A DNA stretch of 63,843 nt, counting the filler, from Olpidium bornovanus S191 (lineage: Eukaryota; Fungi; Olpidiomycota), in the NCBI GenBank assembly GCA_017911155.1. It is 28 parts of 28 records of this genome, joined end to end, with 100 filler letters (N's around TTAATTAATTAA, not from the genome) between each part and the next. Parts side by side here need not be neighbours in the genome. Positions count along the whole stretch, not along the records: positions 47,480 to 49,031 come from JAEFCI010002024.1; positions 49,132 to 53,265 come from JAEFCI010004823.1; positions 53,366 to 54,752 come from JAEFCI010010441.1; positions 54,853 to 55,933 come from JAEFCI010007074.1; positions 56,034 to 58,491 come from JAEFCI010003227.1; positions 58,592 to 63,843 come from JAEFCI010002891.1; 22 more parts are not named here. One strand, given 5' to 3'. The notes under the pieces are model-generated. The model was not told the origin of the DNA. It made no database searches and saw nothing but the letters and a program-made list of their open reading frames with translations. Shown here one piece after another: positions 48,596-60,646 of the stretch (position 1 is its first letter; every line of letters starts with the position of its first letter). The position numbers and the translations under genes were made by a program.

Positions 48596-49699
48596 GGTGG
48601 GGAACGCGGGTTGCGCCTCACCGCGTCCTTCCCTCCTGTCGTCTCCGCTTCCGCTCTTTGGGAAGTCGCCACGGGTGTGTCGGCGGCCTCGGTAGCTCCG
48701 CTTCGTTTCCCCGCAGCGAGGCCCCTGCAGGAAGGCCGCCGAACAGGGGACAAAGCGGATAGGCTGACTGTTCCCGCAGGCGCCACGGGGCGCGCGAGGC
48801 TGCGAACGGGGAAGAGCGCGAACGCCGGGCGGGCGTGACGTGACGTGACGTGAAGGCGGAGAGAGCAACAGAGCGTGTCCGGGGGGAAAGAGCGGGGAGG
48901 CCGGAGGGGGCCCGAGCACGCCGGAACTTGGGGGGTAAGAAGGGGAAAAAAGAAAAAAAAAACTTGAACTGGAAGCTTGAAACAGGCGTGACACCATCGG
49001 GACCGGTCAACGACTCTTGAACACGCCATGANNNNNNNNNNNNNNNNNNNNNNNNNNNNNNNNNNNNNNNNNNNNTTAATTAATTAANNNNNNNNNNNNN
49101 NNNNNNNNNNNNNNNNNNNNNNNNNNNNNNNGGAGGTCACGTGACGTCGCGGCTAGACACACCGGTGTGTCTAGTGATCTCGGCGATTTCAAGGTCACGT
49201 GACTTTGGCGCTTGGGGGGCTGTTGGCGGGCTGTCCTCGATAAGGACTTGACGTAGCCCGAGAGGGGTTTGACGCCACCAGATCGCGCTCCGTGACAGAG
49301 CTCTTCGATTGGCGGGCTTTGAGGGGGATTATTTTATTGGTCGGCCCCCGGGTTCGGGGGCCGTCCTGCCCTCAACCACGCCTCCGCCTCCGCCCTTCGC
49401 CCGCCTCTCGCCCTTTGCCCTGCGCCTGCCGTCCTTCGCCTGCCGCTCGCCTTCCGTGGCGTCGGTCGACGGGCGGTTCGAGGGCTGTGCCACAGCACAC
49501 TTATGTTGGAGCAAAAGCTGCATGGCGTTGATTGGCAACTCAGTATTGGCAATTCTGACACAATCCCTTTTATAAAGGTAAAGGTCTGACACAAGGCAAG
49601 TCACTTTTCCGGCATAATGGTCTGCAAACTGTTAAGTTTCTTTGGTGACAAGCCCATCTTCCTTTTCCTTTGCCAAAGGCTTCAGCAAACTAGATTTAT

Positions 49700-50110
49700 T
49701 CACACCTGTACTTCTTTAAAACCAATGCGACTCTCAGACAAAACATTTTCATTCGTCCGCTTGGGGTACCCTGCTTTTTTTGCCATTAACATAGGACAGG
49801 CGTTTTTCTTCACTGAATACGAGGAACAGTAGACTCTTTTCTTTTTACGAATCTCTAGTTCCTTTGTCGTCAGATGGATGTTGGCCGGATTTTTTGAACA
49901 AAAACTACGGTTGTGTCCATCCTGGTGGCAGAGACCACACTTCTGATTGGGTGTATGGGCTGTTTCAACAGCAAACCTCAATTTACACCACCATCTTGTG
50001 GCCCAGGTTCCCCGCACAAGGTGCAATGCCTGTTGCCCTCTGGTAAGTGACCTTTGGTTCTGACCATTTTCATTTTGCGTCTGCCTGCTTCGGCAATGTG
50101 CAGAGGGGGC
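49700..50110 (-). pseudogene. Frameshifted ORF with two CCHC-like zinc knuckles, probably transposon-derived
   Basis: CTLCGEPG... and CGLCHQDGHNRSFC in adjacent frames. Confidence 0.45.
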
Positions 50111-51029
50111 AAAGTAGCTTGGAAAATTGGCAAAACAGTCCCAGTAGAGGACACACTAGTCGGGCAAGGCATCAAAACAGTCTGGCTAAGTGGAGAATCA
50201 GTCCGACAAGGCGGCATAGCAGTCTGACAAGGCGGCAAAACAGTCCGACAAGGCGGCAAGGGGGAGGGACCCCAACTAGGAGGTATCATAGCTTTGGCAG
50301 AGTAGCCGGCAGAAAAAGGTATCTTGGCTTTGATGGACAACAGTATGCCGCAGGCAAAGAAAAGGGCAGCACAAGAAACAAATGAAGGACAGCGTGCAGG
50401 CAAGGCAAACGACCGGGTGTGGGACACAGAAGAAAGGGAGATAGGAGAGTGGATTGGCAATCACGGTAAGCTAAACTCCTTGAAGCAAGCAAGCTCCGCA
50501 CAAGTAGTAAAGCTACTTACGTTTCTCAGCTACCTGTAGCGTGTTTGAACGAAGACGTTCGTTCTTTATTTCTCTGCAACAGAATAAGTCTTTGCTGCTC
50601 GTCCCATGGCTTGGTGAAGAAGGTTGAAAGCAAGGGAAAGCAGGAGAAACCAGGGGAGAAACTGCGGAAACTGCATCAAGCGAAGACTTGCAAGGTGTTG
50701 ACCGGGCTGTTCGGTGTTGCAGCAGGGGAGTTGGAACGGGTGGTGGCCAACAATACCGTTGTTTACTTTTTTATATCATCAGGGGCCGGAGCAGTGGGCC
50801 TACCGTGCCCCGGCCACGAACCCGGATAAGGAGGGGAGGCAATTGAAAAAGGGTCAAGCCAGATCAGGCACCTGCCGCCACAAGCACTGAATCGGCGCAG
50901 CTGCTTGCACAAATTATTATTATTATGGGCGGATACGTAAAATCCTCCTGGCGCCTTCTAATAAACACACGGAACCCTACCTGGAACCACGAACTCCGCC
51001 CACAGCAAATGCAAGTGCCGGGAAAATCG

Positions 51030-51152
51030 TCAATTGTCAAGTAACGATCGCCAATTGTCAATTATCGATCGTCAATTATTGATCATGTCAATTACCGATC
51101 GTCAATTGCCAATTGTCAATTGTCTTCAGTTGTCAATTGTCAATTGACCGTA
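51030..51152. repeat. Array of (T/C)CAATTG(T)/GTCAATT short repeats
   Basis: About a dozen near-tandem copies seen directly. Confidence 0.85.
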
Positions 51153-51939
51153 AATTGACCCTAAAATCCCCTTGGCGATACCCCTTAACATCAACAGCAG
51201 GGGGCGACAGGCGGTGACGGGCGGTGACAGGAAGGGGGGAGGTGGGGGGCTTCAGGTTGAAGGGGGGGGGAGTTTCGGTTGAAGGGGGGTCTGGGAGTTT
51301 GGGGAGGTGGGGGGAGGGGGAGGGGGGTAGCTCGGAAAATTTGGAAAAGAAGGGGGAGGCCAATAGGGACCAGAATAAAATTCCCCGAGAGGGGAAGTTC
51401 ACCAGAAACAGAACCCCCTTGGAAATAGACCAATGAAAACCAGAATAACGTAACAGGGGCTTCTTCGTTTTCTAAGCTTAACCTAAACCTTAAACTCGGT
51501 TTTGTTTTGCTCGGATCGCACCACCCCAATTTTTACGGTAAATACCAGGGTATCCCTGGCACTCGAACAACCCTTCGAACCACCACAAAGTGGGGAATCC
51601 GAGGCGAACCAAAATAAGCTCTCCCGCCCGCCATCCCCGTCACCCGTCGACCGCTCCCCGCCGTCGAGCGACCGTCATCTCCCGCTGCCGCAGCCCGCGA
51701 CGCCTTCCGCCACGCCGTCGCAGCACTTCGGTACCCGCCCACCGTCGCGCCCGCGCTAAGTGTCGCCAGGCGCCCGCTGCGCCTTCCGGCGAATAAGCTC
51801 ACCCTCTACCGCACAGCCTTCCGCCGCGCCGTCGCCGTGCTCCGGTACCTGCTCGGGTACCCGTGTTCTGGTACCTGCTCTGCGGTCTACCGCGCCGCCG
51901 CCGTCGTTTCAACGGTTGGCGCCCGCATTCGACGCGGCC

Positions 51940-53265
51940 ACCATGCGTCAGAAGAAAGGGCGTTTTGACACCCTCGACCCCGACCCCGACCCCGCCGTCG
52001 CCCCCGTCGCCGAGCCCCCTGCCGGCGACATAACCGTTGTTAACCCACCCGGGAACCGTTCTGTTTCCTCACTGCGTGGTTCCCCCGCCCCTGCCGTTCC
52101 GATGGAGGACGTCGACCCGACTTCGGTCCCCCTTCCCGCCGCCACGGCGGATGAGCCCGCTCTGCTGACCGCGCCCGCTCTGCTGGCCACTCCCCGTGCC
52201 AATGACGCTGACCTTTTGCCTCGCTCCGTTCCGCTTTTTGGGTGGATCGAGTCGCCCGTCGCTGCCGCCGCTCGTCCCGACTCTCGTTGGCTGCCTCCGT
52301 TCGTTTCGCCCCTGCTGGCCCTGCCGTCGACACCGATGCCGCCATTGCTGCCAAACAACGGACCGTTGTCGAGTGGCACGCCTCGGCTGCCGCTACGTTT
52401 GGCACCAAGTGCGTCGATTCATTTTTGCCGATCTCGACGCGCTAATCGCTTCCGTCATCTCGCATCCCGACACGACCCTCGGGCAGTTGCGAGAGACCCT
52501 CCGCGACCTCGAACCCGCCGTCACCGCTGCAGCCGCCAACTACCGCGCTCGCACTGGACCCCTCGGTCGTCTCCAGAGTGTTTTCGATCGTGTTTCACAA
52601 GAGGCTGTCCCGCTCCCCCGAACGGCCCCTCTGCCGACCACTCCGCTCGCTTGTTGTCGTCCCGGTTTGGAGGCGAGTAACCACGCTCCCCGGCCCCAAC
52701 TCGTCCCAAACCCGCTGCTGCCCCCGTCGATTCGCGTGGTCGACGGCGTGGCCGTTCGGCGCTGACCCTCGTCGTCGTCACCATCCGATTCAAGCTCTGA
52801 TTCGTCGTCGAGTTCATCCGTTTCATCGACTCGTTCGTCCGGCGCGTCGTCCTCCGAGACTTCTTGGAGCTCCCGCCGCCGTCGCCGCCAAAACCATCGT
52901 CGAGACCGCCATTGCTCGACCCCTCGCCCTTGCTCGCACCACCGCTTCCCGTCCCGTGAGGTTGCTCCCCACGGCCGAAGGGTCCGCGTCACTCGATGGG
53001 ATAACTCCCTCGACTGCGGAGGTGGATGGCTTTCGTGGAAAGCCAAATTCCTGTCAGAGCTGGCGCTGTTGGGTGCGCATTCGAAACGCCAACGCCTGGC
53101 AGAGCTCCTCGGGAACGTCGCACCGCACGTTGAGGCCGAAGCCCCATGGAACCACCGCCGGGAACGTCCGGTGGAGTCGCTTCGGGAGGCGCTTGCTTTG
53201 TTACAGCGCCTCTACGCTCGTACGCACTGGATCGACCAGCGGCAGCTTTTGCGCTCCTGGGTCGA
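51940..53265 (+). mobile_element. Degenerate gag-like ORF (Pro/Ala-rich leader then helical region)
   Basis: Intronless long frames broken by frameshifts; RLAELLGNVAPHVEAEAPW...LREALALLQRLY is gag-like in character only. Confidence 0.3.
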
Positions 53266-53365
53266 NNNNNNNNNNNNNNNNNNNNNNNNNNNNNNNNNNN
53301 NNNNNNNNNTTAATTAATTAANNNNNNNNNNNNNNNNNNNNNNNNNNNNNNNNNNNNNNNNNNNN

Positions 53366-54752
53366 AGTACCTTGTTGATGATGAATTTTTCCAAGGGTAC
53401 AGCTTCTTTGCGGACATCTTCCGCAACATTGCTGAGGTGCTGGTGGATTTCCTCCACAGCCGCATCTCGGTTCTCGCTTGACATGACTTGGTTGAGAACA
53501 TAACTTTGCAGATGCGGCGCAACAGCTTTAACCCGGGATTCACTCTCACGGTCCGCACGAAAAAAAAAAAAAAAAAAAAAAAAAGAAAAGAAAATCGCCA
53601 CTCACTTGGAAACGTCCTTGCTGAGCTCGCACCAATCACGACGGACCATGTCCAGGCCTTTGGTTTCGATCTTCGCCTCGAGCCGTCCCCCGTTCTCCGC
53701 AATGATCAGAGCGGCATATTTCTTCTTTTTTAGTAGAAGCATCCTTTGGAATATGGCGTCCGTTTCGATCTCCAGCAACCTGTAGCGTTTGTTCACCTCC
53801 CGCTTGAACTCCTCTCCGATGCGCTTGACCTCGTCCAGCTGTATGCTGTTCGTGTTGATCATGATGGAGTCCGTGTCACCGTAGACCACCTGCGAAGCGG
53901 GCGGAAGAGGGCGCGCCGAATTCAGAATCCCTCCGATAACCGCGACGCACGCGTCTGCGGGCGGCCGGTCCTGAACTACGCACCTCCAACCTCTGCTTCT
54001 CTGCTAAATCAACGGTGTTCTGAAGGATCTCTCGTCCCTTGCTCGTGATCAGCATGGCCAGCTGTTTTGCGTAGAACCGGGAGTGGAGAAAACCGAGGCA
54101 TCCGTACATCGAGTTGGCGGTGAGCTTCAGCGCTTTCTGGACGATGTCGTAGTGCATCTTCTGCGCTGCGGTCGTGTCGTGACGCTTCATCAGGCTCTTC
54201 ACGTTCCGCCGTCTTTCCACCAGCGACTTGAGTAACTTTGGAAGGACTCCCGTCGCCACCGTGGAATCCGGCGCGTCGGGTATTTCATTCTCGCCCTGGG
54301 CATGCACATAAAGCGGAGCGTCAAGATCAGTCGCGCTTCCTTGCCCCTTAAATTTTGGGCATGCGACGCTGTTTTTTTTTTTCATACGCACGCCGGCGTC
54401 CGCAGTTCGCTTGACGGTCGTGAAGCAGATATTGAATTCCTGGATTATTGAAGGATACAGCGAGTTGAAGTCGAGCAGCAGGACAAACTTGTCGTAAAGC
54501 CCTTTCTTTGGCTCCAGCACGAGACCTCCGGCGTAAGCGGGCTTCCTTTTTGCTACGTCCGCCTTTTTGGCCGCGTCCCCTGCGTGCGCCTGCAAAGGAT
54601 CAGCGGGGCTTTTGGTTGCCTGATGCTCCGAAAGACAACGGGGAGATTGCAAAAACGGCACCTCCGACGTCGTTATCGTCCTGCGGACGCCTGTTGGCGT
54701 TGGCTTTCGCCGTCCCAAACACTTTATCAGGGCAGATGTACTTCAGCTCATG
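53366..54752 (-). CDS. POL1: DNA polymerase alpha catalytic subunit, internal fragment
   Basis: [63 protein letters not shown]. Confidence 0.97.
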
Positions 54753-54949
54753 NNNNNNNNNNNNNNNNNNNNNNNNNNNNNNNNNNNNNNNNNNNNTTAA
54801 TTAATTAANNNNNNNNNNNNNNNNNNNNNNNNNNNNNNNNNNNNNNNNNNNNCAACCACACCGCCCGCACTCCCCAACCGCAACCAACAACGAAGCGGAA
54901 GCGCAGGCGAAGACAACGGAGGACGCCGGACCATGGAAGGCGAGAGCGC

Positions 54950-55290
54950 CGGAGCAAGCCCCGCCCGTGCCGGGCAAGACCCGCAACCGCGGGGCAAGGC
55001 CCGCCCACGCGGGGCAAGTCCCGCCCCCACGGGCCAAAGACCCGCACGCGCAGGGCAAGTCCCGCCACCGCGGGGCAAGAACCGCCCCCGCGGGGCAAGT
55101 CCCGCCCCCGCGGGCTAAAGACCCGGCCATGCGGGACAAGACCCGCCCACGCGGGGCAAGAACCGCCCACGCGGGGCAAGAACCGCCCACGCGGGGCAAG
55201 TCCCGCCCCCGCGGGCTAAAGACCCAGCCATGCGGGACAAGACCCGCCCACGCAGGGCAAGTCCCGCCCCCGCGGGCTAAAGACCCGCTG
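54950..55290 (+). repeat. About 21-bp GC-rich tandem repeat (GGGCAAGA/TCCCGCCC(A/C)CGCG)
   Basis: Around 15 imperfect units seen directly. Confidence 0.9.
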
Positions 55291-55309
55291 TGGTGTGAAC
55301 TTTGTTCAC

Positions 55310-55590
55310 TCCGATTTTGATTTTCCCTTATTACTTCGGTTTTATTCTGTTTCGATTTCGATTGTACTTTGGTCGATTTACTTCGATTTTATTCTGTTTC
55401 GATTTCGATTGTACTTTGGTCGATTTACTTCGATTTTATTCTGTTTCAATTTTGACTTTATTTTGTTTCGATTTCAATTGTACTTTATCCGCTTCGATTT
55501 CATTCTATTCCAGTTTGATTCTGTAGCCTTCGATTTGTATCTGTCACCTTCGAGTCGCCTTTCTATTGTTTCTCGATTTCGATTTACGCG
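55310..55590 (+). repeat. T-rich TTCGATTT-based repeat including a near-exact 48-bp duplication
   Basis: GATTGTACTTTGGTCGATTTACTTCGATTTTATTCTGTTTC occurs twice in tandem. Confidence 0.8.
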
Positions 55591-56033
55591 TGGCGATAGT
55601 TTACGCGTTCGACGGCTGTACGCAGATAGGGTTTCTTCCCCCCCCCGAGCTCGAACGCACCAAACGAACGAAACTGAACGTAGAATCGAACGCAATAAAA
55701 GCAACGAACTTGCGATCTTCCCAAAGGAAACTTGGGCCATCGAGTGCTCGTTTTCCGCACCTCATCTGGTGGCCTCTGCAAGAATAGAGAAAGCGGAGTG
55801 TTCGACGCCGGAGAGCACTATCGACGATGCTGGCATTGGGACACTAGCTTAACGACGACTCATAACCTTGACGCGTAACGGTCGAAGCGGAAACGATGGG
55901 CGCAAGGGCAGAAATAACCCCGCCACCGACATGNNNNNNNNNNNNNNNNNNNNNNNNNNNNNNNNNNNNNNNNNNNNTTAATTAATTAANNNNNNNNNNN
56001 NNNNNNNNNNNNNNNNNNNNNNNNNNNNNNNNN

Positions 56034-57882
56034 AACTGCAACGCCGGTCGCAGAAACATAAAATGTTCGTTCCCTACTCGGTAAACTTCGAGAGAACGAA
56101 AGCGAGGAGACGGGCGATATTTGCAAAAGCAACAAAAAAAACACGCACCCATGCGGCGACCCGGCGGGGCGGTGAGCCCCGCGATGAAGGACACGACGGG
56201 CTTGGGCCGCTCTCGTGAAAGGTTGTGCTTGATGAGGAATTCGGCCGCCTCCTCTTCGGCAGAACCACCAATCTCGCCAATCAAAATAATGCCCTCAGTC
56301 TGCGGGTCGTTCAGGAACAGCCGCAGGCAATCCACGAAGTTGGTGCCGTTGAACGGGTCGCCGCCGATGCCCACACACAGGCTTTGACCCAAGCCGACCT
56401 CGGTCGTCTGGTTCACGGCCTCGTACGTGAGCGTGCCCGACCGCGACACCACGCCGATTTTGCCCTTCCTGTGGATGTGAGCCGGCATGATCCCAACCTT
56501 GCACTCCCCGGGCTTGATGATGCCCGGGCAGTTGGGACCAATCAAGCGGGACTTGTTCTGATTCCTGAGTATTTTCGTGACCTGGAAGCGAAGCGAAGGA
56601 CCAGGTCTGGCGTTGTAAAAGTTTTGAATCTCTGCCCTTAGCCTCGCGCAGGGCATCCACTCCACACAACGTCCACGTTTGAATCGTTGCACCGGCGAAG
56701 AGAGCCCCGTCCTTCCGGCCCAACATAGAATGCTCTCCTCCGCGCATACTCCCCCGCGCGTACCCTGACCATGTCTTGCTGGGGAATCCCTTCCGTGATT
56801 GCAACGATTAGCGGGACCTGGGCATCGACGGCCTCGAGAATCGCCTTGGCTGCTCCAGGAGGCGGGACGTAAATGACGCTGACATCGGGCTTAACTTCGT
56901 CCACGGCCTCGCGCACGGTGTTGAACACGGGGAGGCCGAGGTGGGTTTGGCCGCCCTTGCCCGGTGACACGCCGCCGACCATCTTTGTACCGTATCTGCG
57001 TGGGCAAGCGGGAGGCGGCTCGAGCAAACCCAAGGTTGATTGCCGCGGGACGTAGCAACGATCGGCGAGAACGGGAGAAAGAGCGAATTCGGAAGGGCAC
57101 GTACTCGATGGCTTGGGCGGAGTGAAAGGTGCCCTGCTTGCCGGTGAAGCCCTGGCAGATGACCTTGGTGTGCTTGCTGATGGCCATGTTCTTCACGGTC
57201 TGATGGATTGGCCGGGCACGCCCAGACAGAACGAGGGCGACCGGGTACGTCAACGCACGGAGAGAACGCGTCGGGCGAACTTTCTTCGGAAGATCGCACG
57301 CCGAAAGACAGCCCGCCCGGTTCCCCAAAAGCGATCACAGGGTGCGAGCAACGTCGTTCGCGAAACCCACGTCATCGTACGAGCCGGCGGCCGACCTGCT
57401 GCTGGTTGCGAAGGTGCGTCCGACGACTGTGCGTCCCAGAAAACGAAGACCGCGCACGTAACCCCGTACCGGACAAAATCAGGTGTCGTCGACTCGGCCG
57501 CGCGTTTCGGTCTTCCTGTGTGTTCACAGGCGACTACGCGCGCGCCGCCGGCGGCCCCTTCGAGCCCTTCCCGGGCAACGGACTCGCGCGGCCAGCCGCG
57601 CATCGTTGGGGTTTTCCGAAGCACTTGCAAACAGACACGACCGTTGTGGACGACGGCAGCGGGAGGGAGAGGGATCGAAAGGCTTCCTGATCCCCGCCGA
57701 ATTGGCAGAAACAGCGGCGGCGGGCCTCTCACGCGGAGTCAAACGTCTGCGCGGGGTGGGTTTTTTTTGCGGGTGGGGGGGAGAAGGAGGGGAGAGGGAG
57801 GCGTCGCTTTCTCACGTTGCTTCCGCAAGGGTCCCAGCAGCCCGGCAGCAGACCTCGCGGCCGGGGCCGCGACCACGAGCAT
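56034..57882 (-). CDS. LSC1: Succinyl-CoA ligase alpha subunit, 3' incomplete
   Basis: [74 protein letters not shown]; ATG 57882 with a mitochondrial-type leader. Confidence 0.97.
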
Positions 57883-58066
57883 CCTTCTCCTGGTTGACGG
57901 GGCGGAGAGGCAGAGGGAGAGGGACGGGTTGCACGGGGCGGGCGGCGGGGCGGGCGGGGGGAGGCGGGTGCGGGGGAAGCCGGGTCCGTTTCCGGGGGCG
58001 GGCGGGGTTGGGGAAAAAAAACACGAGAGGGGGGGGGGGGGGGGGGGGGGCCCCCCCCCCCAAAAA

Positions 58067-58099
<33 letters not shown>

Positions 58100-58591
58100 A
58101 AAATATTCAGGCCCGGAGACCGGCTTTGTTTATGGTTTTTGGTTGTTCGTTCGTGCTGCTCGCCGTTGTTGGTTGACACGCCGGCCCCCGCTGCCTTTCC
58201 GCCTGGACCACCTCACGCAGCCCCCGCCGTTGCCGCCGCCCTGGGGGCAGTGCCGGCCTCCTCCACAGCTGGTATCAGGCGCGCCGCGTCCGATGCGCCC
58301 GGTTTAGGCAGTTCGGACCCGAAACGGGCGGCGACGTCGTTCGCGCTGCGTCTGGACGTCAAAACGCCCGGCTTCGCGCGTGCGAAGATTTATAGAGCGT
58401 TGCCCGACTGGTCCCGTGTGCCGGGAGCGCCGTTCGTGTGCCGGGGCGGGGGGGGGGGGGGGGGGGGCCCGGCCCCCCCCCCGGGGGGGGCNNNNNNNNN
58501 NNNNNNNNNNNNNNNNNNNNNNNNNNNNNNNNNNNTTAATTAATTAANNNNNNNNNNNNNNNNNNNNNNNNNNNNNNNNNNNNNNNNNNNN

Positions 58592-58840
58592 CATGCGTCG
58601 CGATATGCAAAATCAATTTCCGCCTTCTCGAAAGCAGCAGCGGGAACACTGACCGAATTCCAACGTGTTCATCAATTCCTTGAGCGCAAGTCAGATAAGT
58701 AAGTCAAGCAAACAGACCGCGGAGGCGAATTCCTCTCGGAAGCCTACAAAGCATACCTTGCCGACAGTGGAGTTGTCCAACAACTCACAATTCGTGAGAC
58801 ACCTCAGCAGAATGGCATTGCTGAACGCTTTCTCCGTAAA
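58592..58840 (+). mobile_element. Ty1/copia integrase fragment
   Basis: TDRGGEFLSEAYKAYLADSGVVQQLTIRETPQQNGIAER. Confidence 0.88.
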
Positions 58841-59351
58841 ATCAAAATACGTGTGAGGGCTGATCATGCATGCGTTAAAGCTGCCAATAAAATTACGGCC
58901 GAGGTTAGAAAGCGGTGGTGAGTGGGTGGGCGGCCGTCGGCGGTTGATTTCTGGGGCATTCGGCCGCCGCACCGCCATGCGCCCTTTTCATGCTCTGCGC
59001 GGTCAACGCCGAGGAAGACGCCGCCCCAGGAAGATTGCGATCGACAGACCGAGCGACCGCCGTCGTCGAACAGACGGAGCGGCGGCCGAGGGACTTTCCT
59101 GACCCGTGAGGAGGCACCCTTAGGTCCGGGCGGCTGCAGGCTGCAACCTAGGGACGCCGGCCGACGCGTCACTTCGAAGCACGCAATAAGCGACCGAACG
59201 AGCGCTTCTTCGCCAGTAAACGCTGCCTGAAGTCTGCGAAGCGGAGGAGCCGCGTGGCCGGCCCTTCGGGCCTTGCGCGGCAACCGGATTTTACAACAGG
59301 AAACAGGAGGTGTCGGTTTTGAGCAAGGCGTACTGGCGGACAACAGCGTAC

Positions 59352-60646
59352 ATGGCTCAGGCACTCAACACTCGGAGGCTCACCAAGGAACTCAGGGACC
59401 TCCATGAGAATCCGCCGGAGAGAGTGACCGTTGCGGAAGCTGAAGATCTCAAGACGTACGTGGACGGCCGGGGCTGGGGCAGGAAAGAAAGTCTGGAGTT
59501 AGAAATCGCCGCAAGCTCGAGTCGTCCGCACGTCTGGAATGGTTTGAAGGCGGCTCGCATCCCATAGTGGTCGCGATTCGTTGCCTCCATCCGAGCTGCG
59601 ATCAGACGAGCGCTTCACCGGCCGGGACGAGCTTTTCTCAGCGGGAATTCGGTCTGGTTCTGATAACTAAATGTCTCGGCTGCGGTTGTTTCTGACGCTA
59701 AGCTGGCGCGTATCACCTCGGCGTCTGACCGACAGGTGGAAATTGTACATAACGGGCGCTCCGGATACGCTGTACGCCGTACGTCGTCCTTACTTTCGGG
59801 AGGACACCGTTTTCTACAGCCGAATGTACAATGAATGACAGGTTGCTCCGGGATTTTCGGTTTCTCGTCAAATTTCAAACGGTTTCCAACCCAGGGAGAG
59901 ATATCCAAACTCCAGGTACATTCCAGATGACGGCGCTGCGCCCTTAACGTCTCCATTTACTCAGTGTTCCTGTGGCACGCTCACCCGACTTTATTCGGCC
60001 TTCTAAGTTTCGGTTCGGACCTAACTACCCGCTTGAGTCGCCGGAGGTGGTTTTCACGGAAAATATACCAGTGCACCCACATGTATGCGGTAGAAGTTCC
60101 ACATACATTATATTGCGCCAAACAGTTTATGGGTTTTATCAGCTCATGCGCGACCAAACTTTGCGCGTACAGGTTTATAGCAACGGCCACATTTGTCTAG
60201 ACATGTATGGACCAAGCCGCCTGAGCTTTGAAAAGGAGGACGCAGGGCCATGCCATCTGTGGTGCGATGGAGACTAACGCATCCGTCTGGCATTCCTGCT
60301 AATCTCCCGGTTTGCCTGTTTTGGTTTCTTGAAACATACGCGCAGCCTGTACTCGCACTGGACGCCGATACAGACCGTGGCATCGGTATGCCTGTCCATC
60401 CAGTCTATGCTGTCGAGCTGCGTCAAGAAGGAGCGACCGCCAGACGATAGCGCGTATGTGAAGACGGCACGCAAGAGCCCGAAGGATACGTCCTGGAGTT
60501 TCCACGGTAGTAGAATTTTCGATGACGATTTCTCGTGTGGCCGGTTCGGGGGCCACGGCGCAGTCGTCGTTTACTTCCACCCTCACATTGGGACGCTGAT
60601 ATTCTGTGCCGCGCTGTGTCCGTCCGTGTTAGATGACAAAATCTAG
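59352..60646 (+). CDS. UBE2W: Ubiquitin-conjugating enzyme E2 W
   Basis: RRLTKEL, GAPDTLYA|GE, YPLESPEVVF, PVHPH|VYSNGHICLD, VCLSIQSMLSSC, RPPDD..YV, W.FHDD C-terminus; seven exons. Confidence 0.92.

Noticed and set aside
1884-58591. Regularly recurring TTAATTAATTAA flanked by N runs, superficially a repeat or CRISPR-like array
   Set aside because: Artificial six-frame-stop spacer between contigs; ORFs ending in X runs or LIN are by-products.
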